Source: Chloroflexota bacterium (GTDB taxonomy: Bacteria; Chloroflexota; UBA6077; JAJPHF01). Taken from it: a stretch of DNA of 48,153 nt. A program made the translations under genes and the position numbers. Below are positions 15,665 through 24,106 of the stretch, piece after piece. The notes under the pieces are model-generated. The model was not told the DNA's origin, did no database searches, and saw only the letters and a program-made list of their open reading frames with translations. The DNA lies in assembly GCA_019686175.1 (NCBI GenBank), contig JADGHJ010000001.1:1-48153 (forward strand), given 5' to 3'. Each line of letters starts with the position of its first letter. The first letter of the stretch is position 1.

Positions 15665-15769
15665 GATCAGCAAGGTTCAACGCGAGCAGCGAGGCGGCGG
15701 CCGCGAGAGGTTCCACGTGGTCGAGGAGGCCCAGATCGCTCCTGGGGCACGGACCGCCCGCTCGCCATC

Positions 15770-17965
15770 GTGGGGCAGCCGGTGCCGCGGCTGGACGGCT
15801 GGGCGAAGGTGACCGGCCGCGCCGCCTACGCCTACGACATCCACCTGCCGGGCATGCTGTACGCGCGCGTGCTGCGCAGCCCGCTGCCCCACGCGCGCCT
15901 GCGGCGCATCGATACCTCGCGCGCCGAGGCGCTGCCGGGGGTGTACGCGGTGCTCAGCGCCGCCAATGCCCCCGCTATTCGCTGGTACCAGCAGAGCTAT
16001 CTGTTCGATCGCACCCTGCGCTTCGTGGGCGACGAAGTGGCGGCGGTTGCGGCGGAGAGCATCGACCTGGCCGAGGACGCCCTCCGCCTCATCGACGTGG
16101 AGTACGAGCCGCTGCCCTTCGTGGTGGACCTGGAGGCGGCCACGCGGCCCGGCGCGCCGCACGTGTGGGAGGGCGGCAACGTCGCCGCGGAGCCGCGCGT
16201 CTACCAGCGCGGCGATCCCGCTGGGGGCTTGGAGCGCGCCGACCACGTCGTCGACGTCATCTACACTACCCAGGCCGCGCTGCACAACTGCCTGGAGCCA
16301 CACGGCTGCACGGCGACCTGGGATGACGACGAGCTGACGCTGTGGGACTCCACGCAGTCGGTGTTCGGTGTGCGCCGAGGCGTTGCCGACGCGCTGGGCC
16401 TGCCGGAGCACCGCGTGCGCGTGATCAGCGAGTACATGGGCGGCGGCTTCGGCAGTAAGCAGGTCGCGTGGAAGCACAAGGTCATCGCCGCCTTGCTAGC
16501 GCGCCGGGCGCGCCGCCCCGTGCAGCTCATGCTCGACCGGGAGGCAGAGAATCTCGCGGTGGGCCATCGCAATCCCACCCGGCAGCACGTCCGGCTGGGG
16601 GCCACGCGCGACGGGACGCTGACGGCGATCGTGGCTCACATCGAGCAGGGCGTGGGGGCCTACCTGCTGGGCGGCGAGGGGAGCGACGTCAGCGGTCCCT
16701 ACCGGGAGCTCTACCGCTGCCCGAACGTGCGCACCGAGCAGGTGCCGATCTACCTCAACACGGGCCCGGCCGCCGCGTTCCGCGCGCCCGGCTGGGTCGA
16801 AGGCGCCTTCCCCCTCGAGTCGGCTATGGACGAACTGGCCCACGCGCTGGGCATTGATCCCCTGGAGCTACGCCGCCGCAACTACACCCCGCTCGATCAG
16901 CCGAAGGGACTCCCGTACACGGTCGATGGCCTGCGCCACTGCTACGAGCGCGCGGCCGCTGTCTTCGGCTGGGACACGTACCAGAAGCCTCCCCCCCAAG
17001 GCTCGAAGCGGCGGGGGGTGGGCATGGCCGCGCACAACTGGGTCGGTGGCAGCGGCTGGCCACCGGCGTACGCCTGGGTGAAGCTGAACACCGATGGCAC
17101 GGCCGACGTGATCACTGGCACGCAGGACATCGGGACGGGCACGCGCACCGGCTTGGCGCAGGTGGCCGCCGAGGAGCTAGGGCTGCCGCTCGAGCGCGTG
17201 GCTCTCCGCCTGGGCGACACGCAGCGCGGGCCGTACGCCCCGGTGAGCGCCGGCAGCGCCACCCAAGCGACCCTGGGACCTGCGGTGCGCCAGGCCGCGC
17301 TGGACGCCAAGCGGCAGCTCCTGACCGTGGCAGCCGCCATACTGGAGGTGGACGCGGACCAGCTCGAGGTGTGCGACGGGGGCGTGTACGTGCGCGAGGC
17401 GCCGGAGCGCCGGCTGCCGGTCGAGGAGATCATGCGCCGGATCGCTCCGCACATGATCCAGGGCACGGGCGCCCGTGGACCCAACCCCACCGACAAGTCC
17501 ATCCAGCCCTTCGGCGCGCAGTTCGTGGAGGTAGAGGTCGACCTCGAGACGGGCGCGGTGACCGTGCTGCGGCTGGTGGCCGCGCACGACTGCGGCCGGA
17601 TCATCAACCCGGCCATCGTCGACAGCCAGGTGATCGGCGGGATCACGCAGGGACTCGGGTACGCGCTGATGGAGGAGCGGGTGATCGACGCGGGCAGCGG
17701 GGTGGTGCTCAACGCGAACCTCGAGGAATACAAGGTGCCGACCGCCCTGGACGTGCCGACGATCGTCCACGCGCAAGTGGATCTCCCCGACCTGGCGGCC
17801 AACCCGACAGGAGCCAAGGGCATCGGCGAGCCGCCGCTGGTGCCCACCGCGCCGGCCATCGCCAACGCCGTATTCGATGCAGTAGGGGTGCGGCTGCGCT
17901 CCCTGCCGCTCTCCCCGCAGCATCTGTTGGCCGCGCTGGCCGCGCGGCAGGAGAGCGGGCGATGA
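15770..17965 (+). CDS. xanthine dehydrogenase family molybdopterin-binding large subunit
   Basis: 731-aa ORF with a GTG start. Motifs: GQPVPRLDGWAKVTGRAAYAYD, EYMGGGFGSK, and KGIGEPPLVPTAPAIANAV carrying the catalytic Glu. Full length for the family. Confidence 0.92.
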   Translation: MGQPVPRLDGWAKVTGRAAYAYDIHLPGMLYARVLRSPLPHARLRRIDTSRAEALPGVYAVLSAANAPAIRWYQQSYLFDRTLRFVGDEVAAVAAESIDLAEDALRLIDVEYEPLPFVVDLEAATRPGAPHVWEGGNVAAEPRVYQRGDPAGGLERADHVVDVIYTTQAALHNCLEPHGCTATWDDDELTLWDSTQSVFGVRRGVADALGLPEHRVRVISEYMGGGFGSKQVAWKHKVIAALLARRARRPVQLMLDREAENLAVGHRNPTRQHVRLGATRDGTLTAIVAHIEQGVGAYLLGGEGSDVSGPYRELYRCPNVRTEQVPIYLNTGPAAAFRAPGWVEGAFPLESAMDELAHALGIDPLELRRRNYTPLDQPKGLPYTVDGLRHCYERAAAVFGWDTYQKPPPQGSKRRGVGMAAHNWVGGSGWPPAYAWVKLNTDGTADVITGTQDIGTGTRTGLAQVAAEELGLPLERVALRLGDTQRGPYAPVSAGSATQATLGPAVRQAALDAKRQLLTVAAAILEVDADQLEVCDGGVYVREAPERRLPVEEIMRRIAPHMIQGTGARGPNPTDKSIQPFGAQFVEVEVDLETGAVTVLRLVAAHDCGRIINPAIVDSQVIGGITQGLGYALMEERVIDAGSGVVLNANLEEYKVPTALDVPTIVHAQVDLPDLAANPTGAKGIGEPPLVPTAPAIANAVFDAVGVRLRSLPLSPQHLLAALAARQESGR

Positions 17966-18945
17966 GAAGTTTCGACTACGTCAGCCCCAGGCGGGTCGAG
18001 GAGGTGCTCGTCCTGCTCGCTGCCGAGGATGGTCAGGCCCGGCCGTTGGCGGGAGGGACTGATCTGGTGCCGCTCCTGAAGGCCGACCTCCTCCGACCGC
18101 AGCGGCTGGTGAACATCAAGGCGCTCCCGGACCTGGCGGGGATCCTCTACGACGCGACGCTGGGGCTCTATCTGGGCGCGCTGACCCCTCTCGCGGCCAT
18201 CGAACGTAGCGAGGTGATCAAGCGGCACTATCCGATCCTTGCCGAGGCGGTGGCGGTGGCCGCGACACCGCAACTTCGCAACATGGCGACTGTGGGGGGC
18301 AACCTGCTACAGCGGTCGCGCTGCTGGTACTTCCGCAACCCGCGCCTGTCTTGCTGGCTCAAGGGCGGCGATACGTGCCCGCTGCGGGATGGCGAGAGCC
18401 AGTTTGGCGCCATCCTGGGTGGCGGCCCGTGCTACAGCGCTCACCCGTCCGATCTCGCGCCAGCGCTCCTCGCGCTGGAGGCGGAGGTAACCGTGCGGAA
18501 CCGGTCCGGGGAGCGGACGATCTCTCTACCAGACCTGTTCGCGCTGCCGGCAGACGACCGCCGGGCCGAGACGATCCTGGCGCCCGACGAGTTGGTGCTG
18601 GCCGTGCGGGTGCCGCCTGCGCCGCCCGGCACGCGCAGCACGTACCTGAAGGCGATGGACCGCAAGGTCTGGGCGTTTGCCCTGGTGGGCGTGGGGGCCG
18701 TGCTGCGACTGGACGGCCGGCGCGTGGCTCACGCCCGCCTGGCGCTGAGCGGCGTGGCGCCGATCCCCTGGCGCGCGCGGGAGGCGGAAGAGGTGTTGGT
18801 CGGAGCGGAAGTGAGTGATGCGCTGTTCGCACGGGCGGCGGACGCGGCGCTGGCGGCGGCAGAGCCGCTCGCGCGGAACGGTTACAAGCTCCCGCTGGCT
18901 CGGGCGCTGATTCGGCGAGCCTTGGCAGCACTCGCCGCGGAGTAG
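17962..18945 (+). CDS. xanthine dehydrogenase family FAD-binding (medium) subunit with a 4-Cys insertion
   Basis: In-frame part of ORF 17371-18945 from ATG 17962, which overlaps the large-subunit stop in an ATGA overlap. Motifs: MRSFDYVSP...PLAGGTDLVPLLK...ATVGGNL. The insertion reads RSRCWYFRNPRLSCWLKGGDTCPLRDG...GGGPCYSAHPSD. Confidence 0.9.
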   Translation: MRSFDYVSPRRVEEVLVLLAAEDGQARPLAGGTDLVPLLKADLLRPQRLVNIKALPDLAGILYDATLGLYLGALTPLAAIERSEVIKRHYPILAEAVAVAATPQLRNMATVGGNLLQRSRCWYFRNPRLSCWLKGGDTCPLRDGESQFGAILGGGPCYSAHPSDLAPALLALEAEVTVRNRSGERTISLPDLFALPADDRRAETILAPDELVLAVRVPPAPPGTRSTYLKAMDRKVWAFALVGVGAVLRLDGRRVAHARLALSGVAPIPWRAREAEEVLVGAEVSDALFARAADAALAAAEPLARNGYKLPLARALIRRALAALAAE

Positions 18946-19039
18946 TCGCGGAGGCAGCGATGAGGTCACGGTACCAACCCTAGACGCACCTGGGGAGCGC
19001 GGCCCCGGCCACCTGGCGTGGGCGCGCCGCTACCCCCGA

Positions 19040-19068
19040 TTGACAGGCCGCCAGCCTCGCAGTAGAAT
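19040..19068 (+). promoter_or_regulatory. near-consensus sigma70-type promoter of the hydrolyase/SDH-like operon
   Basis: TTGACA (19040-19045), exactly 17 nt, TAGAAT (19063-19068). The leader contains two short hairpins, GGTCATaggtATGACC and CGACGAgcctgTCGTCG, before GTG 19140. Confidence 0.6.
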
Positions 19069-19139
19069 CCGAATCCACACGGAGGGTCATAGGTATGACC
19101 TAATGCCGGGCAGCGACGAGCCTGTCGTCGGGGGACACC

Positions 19140-20045
19140 GTGACCGCGATTGTCGAGGCCGGCACCACCACCGATCTGTACGCCTTGCTGTTCGATCTCG
19201 GCCGGCGGCTGTATGTCGACGCGCAGAAGGACATCCCGCCCGATGTCCGCGCCGCTCTTCGGCGTGCGGCCGAGCGCGAGTCGAGCGAGGTCGGCCGCCG
19301 CGTCCTCACCACCATGCTCAAGGCCATGGACGTGGCCGATGAGCATCGCACCCTCGTCTGTCAGGACACCGGCATCCCCATCTTCTGGGTCACCATCGGC
19401 CGTGGCTTCCTTCTGGATGGCGTGCGCCTCCAGGAAGCACTGCGAGCGGGTGTCGAGGCGGCCACGTGCGAGCACCCGCTGCGCTCCAGCATCGTCTCGC
19501 CGATCACCCGCCGCAACCGCCAGACCAGCAGCGGGGTGGGCGTGCCCGTGTTCCACATCGAGTTCTCGCCGGAGATCGACTACCTCGACATCCTGCACAT
19601 GCCCAAGGGCTCCGGCTCCGAGACCATGTCGTTTCTGAAGATGCTGTACCCGGCCGACGGCGTGGCGGGCATCAAGAAGTTCGTGCTCGATACCGTGGTC
19701 GAGGCGGGCGGCAAGCCGTGCCCGCCCACTATCGTCGGGGTCGGCGTCGGCGGGTCGTCCGACCTATGCATGACTCTGGCCAAGAAGGCCACGCTGCGTC
19801 CAGTCGGCTCGCGCAACCCGGACCCCGAGGTGGCGGGGCTGGAGGAGGAGCTGCTGGCGGCGATCAACGCCACGGGCATCGGGCCGATGGGGCTGGGCGG
19901 CGATACGACGGCCCTGGCGGTGCACGTCGAGTACGCCTGGACGCACATCACGCTCAACCCCGTGGCGGTGAACATGCAGTGCTGGCGCGGCGAACGGCGC
20001 CGCGCGCGGGTGTACGCGGACGGCCGCTACGAGATCACCTACTAG
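19140..20045 (+). CDS. Fe-S type hydro-lyase alpha subunit (class I fumarate hydratase / L(+)-tartrate dehydratase alpha-type)
   Basis: 301-aa ORF. The three cluster cysteines are in their usual contexts: LVCQDTGIPIF, GGKPCPPTIVGVGVGG and AVNMQCW. PKGSGSE is also present. Confidence 0.9.
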   Translation: MTAIVEAGTTTDLYALLFDLGRRLYVDAQKDIPPDVRAALRRAAERESSEVGRRVLTTMLKAMDVADEHRTLVCQDTGIPIFWVTIGRGFLLDGVRLQEALRAGVEAATCEHPLRSSIVSPITRRNRQTSSGVGVPVFHIEFSPEIDYLDILHMPKGSGSETMSFLKMLYPADGVAGIKKFVLDTVVEAGGKPCPPTIVGVGVGGSSDLCMTLAKKATLRPVGSRNPDPEVAGLEEELLAAINATGIGPMGLGGDTTALAVHVEYAWTHITLNPVAVNMQCWRGERRRARVYADGRYEITY

Positions 20046-20172
20046 GGCTCGGTGACGCCGGACCCGAGCGGGGCACTACCGCCCCTCAGGTGGGCCCGCC
20101 GTGCACGGCGGCAGGGAAACCGGGCGATACCGCAACGGCGGGGAACTAGCCGCGTCCGGGGGGGAAGGCGCG

Positions 20173-20766
20173 ATGGCGGAATACACGGCCACCACGCCGC
20201 TCGATGAGGCCACGGTGCGCCAGTGGCGCTGCGGCGACTCGGTCTACCTCAGCGGCGTCGTCTGGGGGATTCGCGACGCCAGCCTGATCCGCATGTTCGA
20301 CCACGGCCAGCCGCCGCCGGTAGATCTGCACGGCGCGGTGCTGCTGCACGTCGCGCCGAACGTGCGCAAGACCCCGCACGGCTACGAGCCGCTCTCGGTG
20401 GGCACCACCACCTCCATGCGCATGGACCGCTTCACCGCGCCGCTGCTGCGGCAGTACGGCGTGCGGGCCATCTGCGGCAAAGGCGGGCTGTCGGAGGCCA
20501 GCAGCGCCGCGTTCCAGCGCTATGGCGGCGTGTATCTGGCGGTGGTGGGCGGGGCCGCGTCGGTGGAGACGCTCCAGGTCGAGGCGATCGAGGCGGTGTA
20601 CTGGGAGGACCTCATGCCCGAGTGTCTCTGGCAGTTCCGCTTCCGCGACTTCGGGCCGCTGACGGTCGGTATGGACGCCCAGGGCGGTAGCATCTACCGC
20701 GAGGTGGAGGCCAACGCGCGGGCGCGGCTGCCGGAGCTGTACCGCCGGCTGGGTATCCCGGGCTGA
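20173..20766 (+). CDS. Fe-S type hydro-lyase beta subunit (class I fumarase/tartrate dehydratase beta-type)
   Basis: In-frame part of ORF 20101-20766 from ATG 20173, with GGGGGAAGG upstream. Motifs: GDSVYLSGVVWGIRDASLIRM, GTTTSMRMD, ICGKGGL, and YLAVVGGAASV. Confidence 0.88.
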   Translation: MAEYTATTPLDEATVRQWRCGDSVYLSGVVWGIRDASLIRMFDHGQPPPVDLHGAVLLHVAPNVRKTPHGYEPLSVGTTTSMRMDRFTAPLLRQYGVRAICGKGGLSEASSAAFQRYGGVYLAVVGGAASVETLQVEAIEAVYWEDLMPECLWQFRFRDFGPLTVGMDAQGGSIYREVEANARARLPELYRRLGIPG

Positions 20767-22478
20767 TGATGGACGAGACGCTCACCTGCGACGTGCTGAT
20801 CCTCGGCAGCGGCGGCGCGGGGCTGATGGCCGCCCTGCACGCCTACGACACCGACCCGCGGCTGCACATCGTGCTGGTGGCCAAGGGGCTGGTCGGGAAG
20901 AGCGGCTGCACGCGGCTGGTGCAGGGCGGCTTCAACGCCGTGCTGCACCCGGCCGACTCGGTCGAGCTGCACTTCCGCGACACGATCCGCGGTGGCCAGT
21001 TCCTCAACAACCAGGAGCTGGCCTGGGAGCTGGTCACCGGTGCGCCCCGCGTGATCCACGAGCTGGAGACGAAGGTCGGCTGCTTCTTCGACCGCGGCCC
21101 CGACGGGCGCATTCACCAGAAGCCGTTCGCCGGCCAGTCGTTCGACCGCACGGTGCACCGCGGTGACCTGACCGGCATCGAGATCGTCAGCCGCCTGCAC
21201 GACCAGCTGTTCGCCCGCGGTATCACGTTCCTCGACGAGACGCGGGCTGTCGCGCTGGTGCCGGCCCCCGCAGGCGATCGTATCGCGGGCGTGCTGCTGC
21301 TCGACCAGCGCAGCGGGCGCTTCACGCTAGCGCGCGCCAAAGTGGTGGTCCTGGCCACGGGCGGCGGCCCGCGCATGTACAAGTACTCCGCCCCGGCCCT
21401 GGAGAAGACGGGCGACGGCTACGCGCTGGCCTACCGGGCCGGCGCGGTGCTCATCGACATGGAGATGATGCAGTTCCACCCCACCGGGCTGCTGGCGGGC
21501 GCCTCGCGGCTCAGCGGCATGGTGCTGGAGGAGGGCCTGCGCGGCGCGGGCGGGCGGCTGTACAACGCCCAGGGCGAGCGGTTCATGGCCCGCTACGATC
21601 CCGAGCGACTGGAGCGCTCGACGCGCGATGTGGTGGCACGCGCCAGCTACCTGGAGATCATGGCCGGCCGCGGCACTCCCGCCGGCGGCGTGCTGCTCGA
21701 CGTGTCGCACCTGGGCGCCGAGTTCGTGCGTCGCAGCTTTCCGGGCATGGTGCGCCGCTGCGCCGAGGTGGGCTACGACCTCACCCGCGGGCCGGTGGAG
21801 GTGACCCCCACTGCGCATTTCCACATGGGCGGCGTCAAGATCGACCGCCACTGCCGCTGCAACCTGCCGGGCCTGCTGGTGGCCGGCGAGGATGCGGGCG
21901 GCATCCACGGCGCTAATCGCCTTGGCGGCAACGGCGTGGCGGACTCCACGGTGTTCGGTGCGCGGGCGGGCGAGACGGCCGCCGCGCTGTGCGCCGAGCT
22001 GCCGCTGGCGACGGTCGACCTGGCCGCCGCCCGCGCGGCGCAGGAGACGGCGCTGCGCCCGCTGGGGCGTGAGGGCGAGAACCCCTTCGCCCTGCGCGAC
22101 GCCCTGCAGACGGTGATGTGGGAGCGCGTGGGGCTGGCGCGCGACGCGGCGGGCCTGCGCGTGGCGCTCGCCACGCTGGCCGAGCTGGCGGAGCGCGCCG
22201 AGCGGACGGGTGTGCGCGGCGGGCCGCGCTGGAACCTGGCCTGGCAGCAGGCGCTCGACGTGCAGAACCTGGTGCTGGTCGCGCGGCTCACGGCCGCCGC
22301 GGCGCTGTACCGCGAGGAAAGCCGCGGCTCGCACTACCGCCGCGACTTCCCCGCCCGCGACGACGCGCGCTGGCTGGTGAACGTCCACCAGCAGCAGCAG
22401 GGCACCGCCGAGCGCATCTGGGACGAGCCGGTAGCGCTCACCCGCCTGCGGCCCGAGAGCGAGGTGGCGGTGCGATGA
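20766..22478 (+). CDS. sdhA: succinate dehydrogenase/fumarate reductase-type flavoprotein subunit (atypical: no FAD-attachment His)
   Basis: 570-aa ORF. Motifs: DVLILGSGGAGLMAAL, MQFHPTGL, EGLRGAGGRLYNAQGERFM, PTAHFHMGGV, and AGEDAGGIHGANRLGGNGVADSTVFG. The position of the conserved RSH(T/S)xxAQGG histidine reads KSGCTRLVQGG. The start overlaps the upstream stop (TGATGATG). Confidence 0.88.
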   Translation: MMDETLTCDVLILGSGGAGLMAALHAYDTDPRLHIVLVAKGLVGKSGCTRLVQGGFNAVLHPADSVELHFRDTIRGGQFLNNQELAWELVTGAPRVIHELETKVGCFFDRGPDGRIHQKPFAGQSFDRTVHRGDLTGIEIVSRLHDQLFARGITFLDETRAVALVPAPAGDRIAGVLLLDQRSGRFTLARAKVVVLATGGGPRMYKYSAPALEKTGDGYALAYRAGAVLIDMEMMQFHPTGLLAGASRLSGMVLEEGLRGAGGRLYNAQGERFMARYDPERLERSTRDVVARASYLEIMAGRGTPAGGVLLDVSHLGAEFVRRSFPGMVRRCAEVGYDLTRGPVEVTPTAHFHMGGVKIDRHCRCNLPGLLVAGEDAGGIHGANRLGGNGVADSTVFGARAGETAAALCAELPLATVDLAAARAAQETALRPLGREGENPFALRDALQTVMWERVGLARDAAGLRVALATLAELAERAERTGVRGGPRWNLAWQQALDVQNLVLVARLTAAAALYREESRGSHYRRDFPARDDARWLVNVHQQQQGTAERIWDEPVALTRLRPESEVAVR

Positions 22479-23194
22479 CCCGCGCGGCGGCCCCGGCCGA
22501 GACCGTCGAGCTGCGCGTGCGGCGCTTCGACCCCACGACCGACGCGCGTCCCTACTGGACTCGCTACGTGGTGGCCGTGCGGCCCAAGATGAGCGTGCTC
22601 GACGCGCTGTTCGCGGTGCTCGAGGAGCAGGACGGCACGCTCGGGTTCCGCTACTCCTGCCGCGCTGCCATGTGCGGCTCGTGCGCCATGGTGATCGACG
22701 GGCGCGAGGCGCTGGCCTGCGCCACGCGGCTAGCGCGGCTAGGGCGCCGTATCACCGTCGAGCCACTGCGGCGGCTTCCCATCGTGAAGGACCTGGTCAC
22801 CGACATGGAGCCGTTCTGGGCCAAGTGGGCGATGGTGACACCGTACTTCGTCGGCGGGCGGTACCGCGAGCCGGCGGTCATCCCGCCCGACTCCGGTCGC
22901 CGCGAGATCATCGACGCCCAGCTCGATTGCATCACCTGCGCCGCCTGCTACTCCGCCTGTCCCATCGTGGCCAGCAACCCCCGCTACCTCGGTCCGGCCG
23001 CGCTCAACCGCGCCTACAACCTGGTCGCCGACGAGCGCGACACGGCCACGGCCCAGCGGCTGGCGACGGTGTGCAGCGAGGACGGCGCGTTCAGCTGCCG
23101 CAACGCCTTCAACTGTGTGGAGGTCTGCCCGCAAGGCATCGACCCGCAGCGCTCGATCCTGCGCCTGCGCCAGCGCGTGCTGGTGGGCGCGTGA
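22475..23194 (+). CDS. sdhB: succinate dehydrogenase/fumarate reductase iron-sulfur subunit
   Basis: In-frame part of ORF 22118-23194 from ATG 22475, which overlaps the sdhA stop in an ATGA overlap. 2Fe-2S motif SCRAAMCGSCAMVIDGREALAC, 4Fe-4S motif CITCAACYSACP, and 3Fe-4S motif CRNAFNCVEVCP. Confidence 0.92.
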   Translation: MTRAAAPAETVELRVRRFDPTTDARPYWTRYVVAVRPKMSVLDALFAVLEEQDGTLGFRYSCRAAMCGSCAMVIDGREALACATRLARLGRRITVEPLRRLPIVKDLVTDMEPFWAKWAMVTPYFVGGRYREPAVIPPDSGRREIIDAQLDCITCAACYSACPIVASNPRYLGPAALNRAYNLVADERDTATAQRLATVCSEDGAFSCRNAFNCVEVCPQGIDPQRSILRLRQRVLVGA

Positions 23195-23210
23195 GCCGGG
23201 AGCGGCACCC

Positions 23211-24083
23211 ATGGCCCGTACCAGCTGGCGACCGAGCGAGCTAACCACGTCTGCCACGGTATGGTACTTCCTGCGCGCCTCGGGGGCGGCGCTACTCGTG
23301 CTGGCGCTCGGCCACCTGTTCGTGACCCACTACCTCACGGTCCCCGCACAGACCGGTAGCCAGTTCGTGGCCGGGCGCTGGACCAACGTGTTGTGGCTGG
23401 CGTTCGACTGGCTGCTGCTGATGCTCGCCCTCAGCCATGGGCTCACAGGGCTGCAGGGCGTGCTGAAGGACTACCTCGTCGGGCGCCCAGGGCGATTACT
23501 GGTCACCACCGCCACGGCCGGGGTGGGGCTGGTGTTCTTCGCCATCGGGTCCGCCACGCTGCTCACAGCCGACCCGGCGGCGCTGCGCGCGGGGGTGGGG
23601 CCGCTCTCGGGCCAGCGCTGGCTCGGCGAGCTGCTCAGCGGGCTGCTGTTCTTGGTGGCCACCGTCGCTTACGTGGGGCTGGGGGTAGGCGCCGTGTGGC
23701 TGGTCCGCGAGGCGCTGCGGGGGCGCCCGCTGGGGCGCTGGCGGTTTGCGGGCCAGTGGGCCTGGGCGCTGCACCGCCTCACGGGCCTGGGGATCGTCGG
23801 CTTCTTGCTGGTGCACATCCTGGACGTAACCCTACTGCCGCTGGCGCCAGACGTCTACGACCACACCGTGGCCGCCTACGCCCATCCGTACTTGCTGCCG
23901 ATGGAGATCGCCCTGGTCGGCGCCGTGCTGTACCACGCGCTCAACGGCGTGCGGCTGATCGTCATCGACCTCTTGGAGCAGCGGGCGCGCGTCGACCAGC
24001 GGCGCCTATTCTACGCCGTGCTAGGGCTCACCGCCGCGCTGCTGCTGCCCAGCGTGGTCGTGCTGCTGCGCGCGGACCACTGA
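23211..24083 (+). CDS. fused SDH/FRD membrane anchor (SdhD-like half + SdhC/cytochrome b-like half)
   Basis: In-frame part of ORF 23115-24083 from ATG 23211. About 7 predicted TM helices. The first half reads WYFLRASGAALLVLALGHLF...LSHGLTG. The second half reads AWALHRLTGLGIVGFLLVHILD...VLYHALNG. Confidence 0.75.
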   Translation: MARTSWRPSELTTSATVWYFLRASGAALLVLALGHLFVTHYLTVPAQTGSQFVAGRWTNVLWLAFDWLLLMLALSHGLTGLQGVLKDYLVGRPGRLLVTTATAGVGLVFFAIGSATLLTADPAALRAGVGPLSGQRWLGELLSGLLFLVATVAYVGLGVGAVWLVREALRGRPLGRWRFAGQWAWALHRLTGLGIVGFLLVHILDVTLLPLAPDVYDHTVAAYAHPYLLPMEIALVGAVLYHALNGVRLIVIDLLEQRARVDQRRLFYAVLGLTAALLLPSVVVLLRADH

Positions 24084-24089
24084 GCGCCG

Positions 24090-24106
24090 CGGCGTCTCAG
24101 ACGCCG
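24090..24106. terminator. short hairpin between convergent genes
   Basis: CGGCGTC-tca-GACGCCG, a 7-bp stem. The loop TCA is the complement of the permease stop codon. It may serve both convergent transcripts. Weak call. Confidence 0.3.

Noticed and set aside
15662-15769. The 2Fe-2S ORF and the Moco-subunit ORF are in the same frame, separated by a single TAG (15662-15664) and 35 sense codons. This raised the possibility of read-through or an ancestral fusion.
   Set aside because: Sharing a frame has a one-in-three chance. The linker translation (DQQGSTRAARRRPREVPRGRGG...) looks non-coding, and the small subunit ends where homologues normally end. There is no evidence for recoding.
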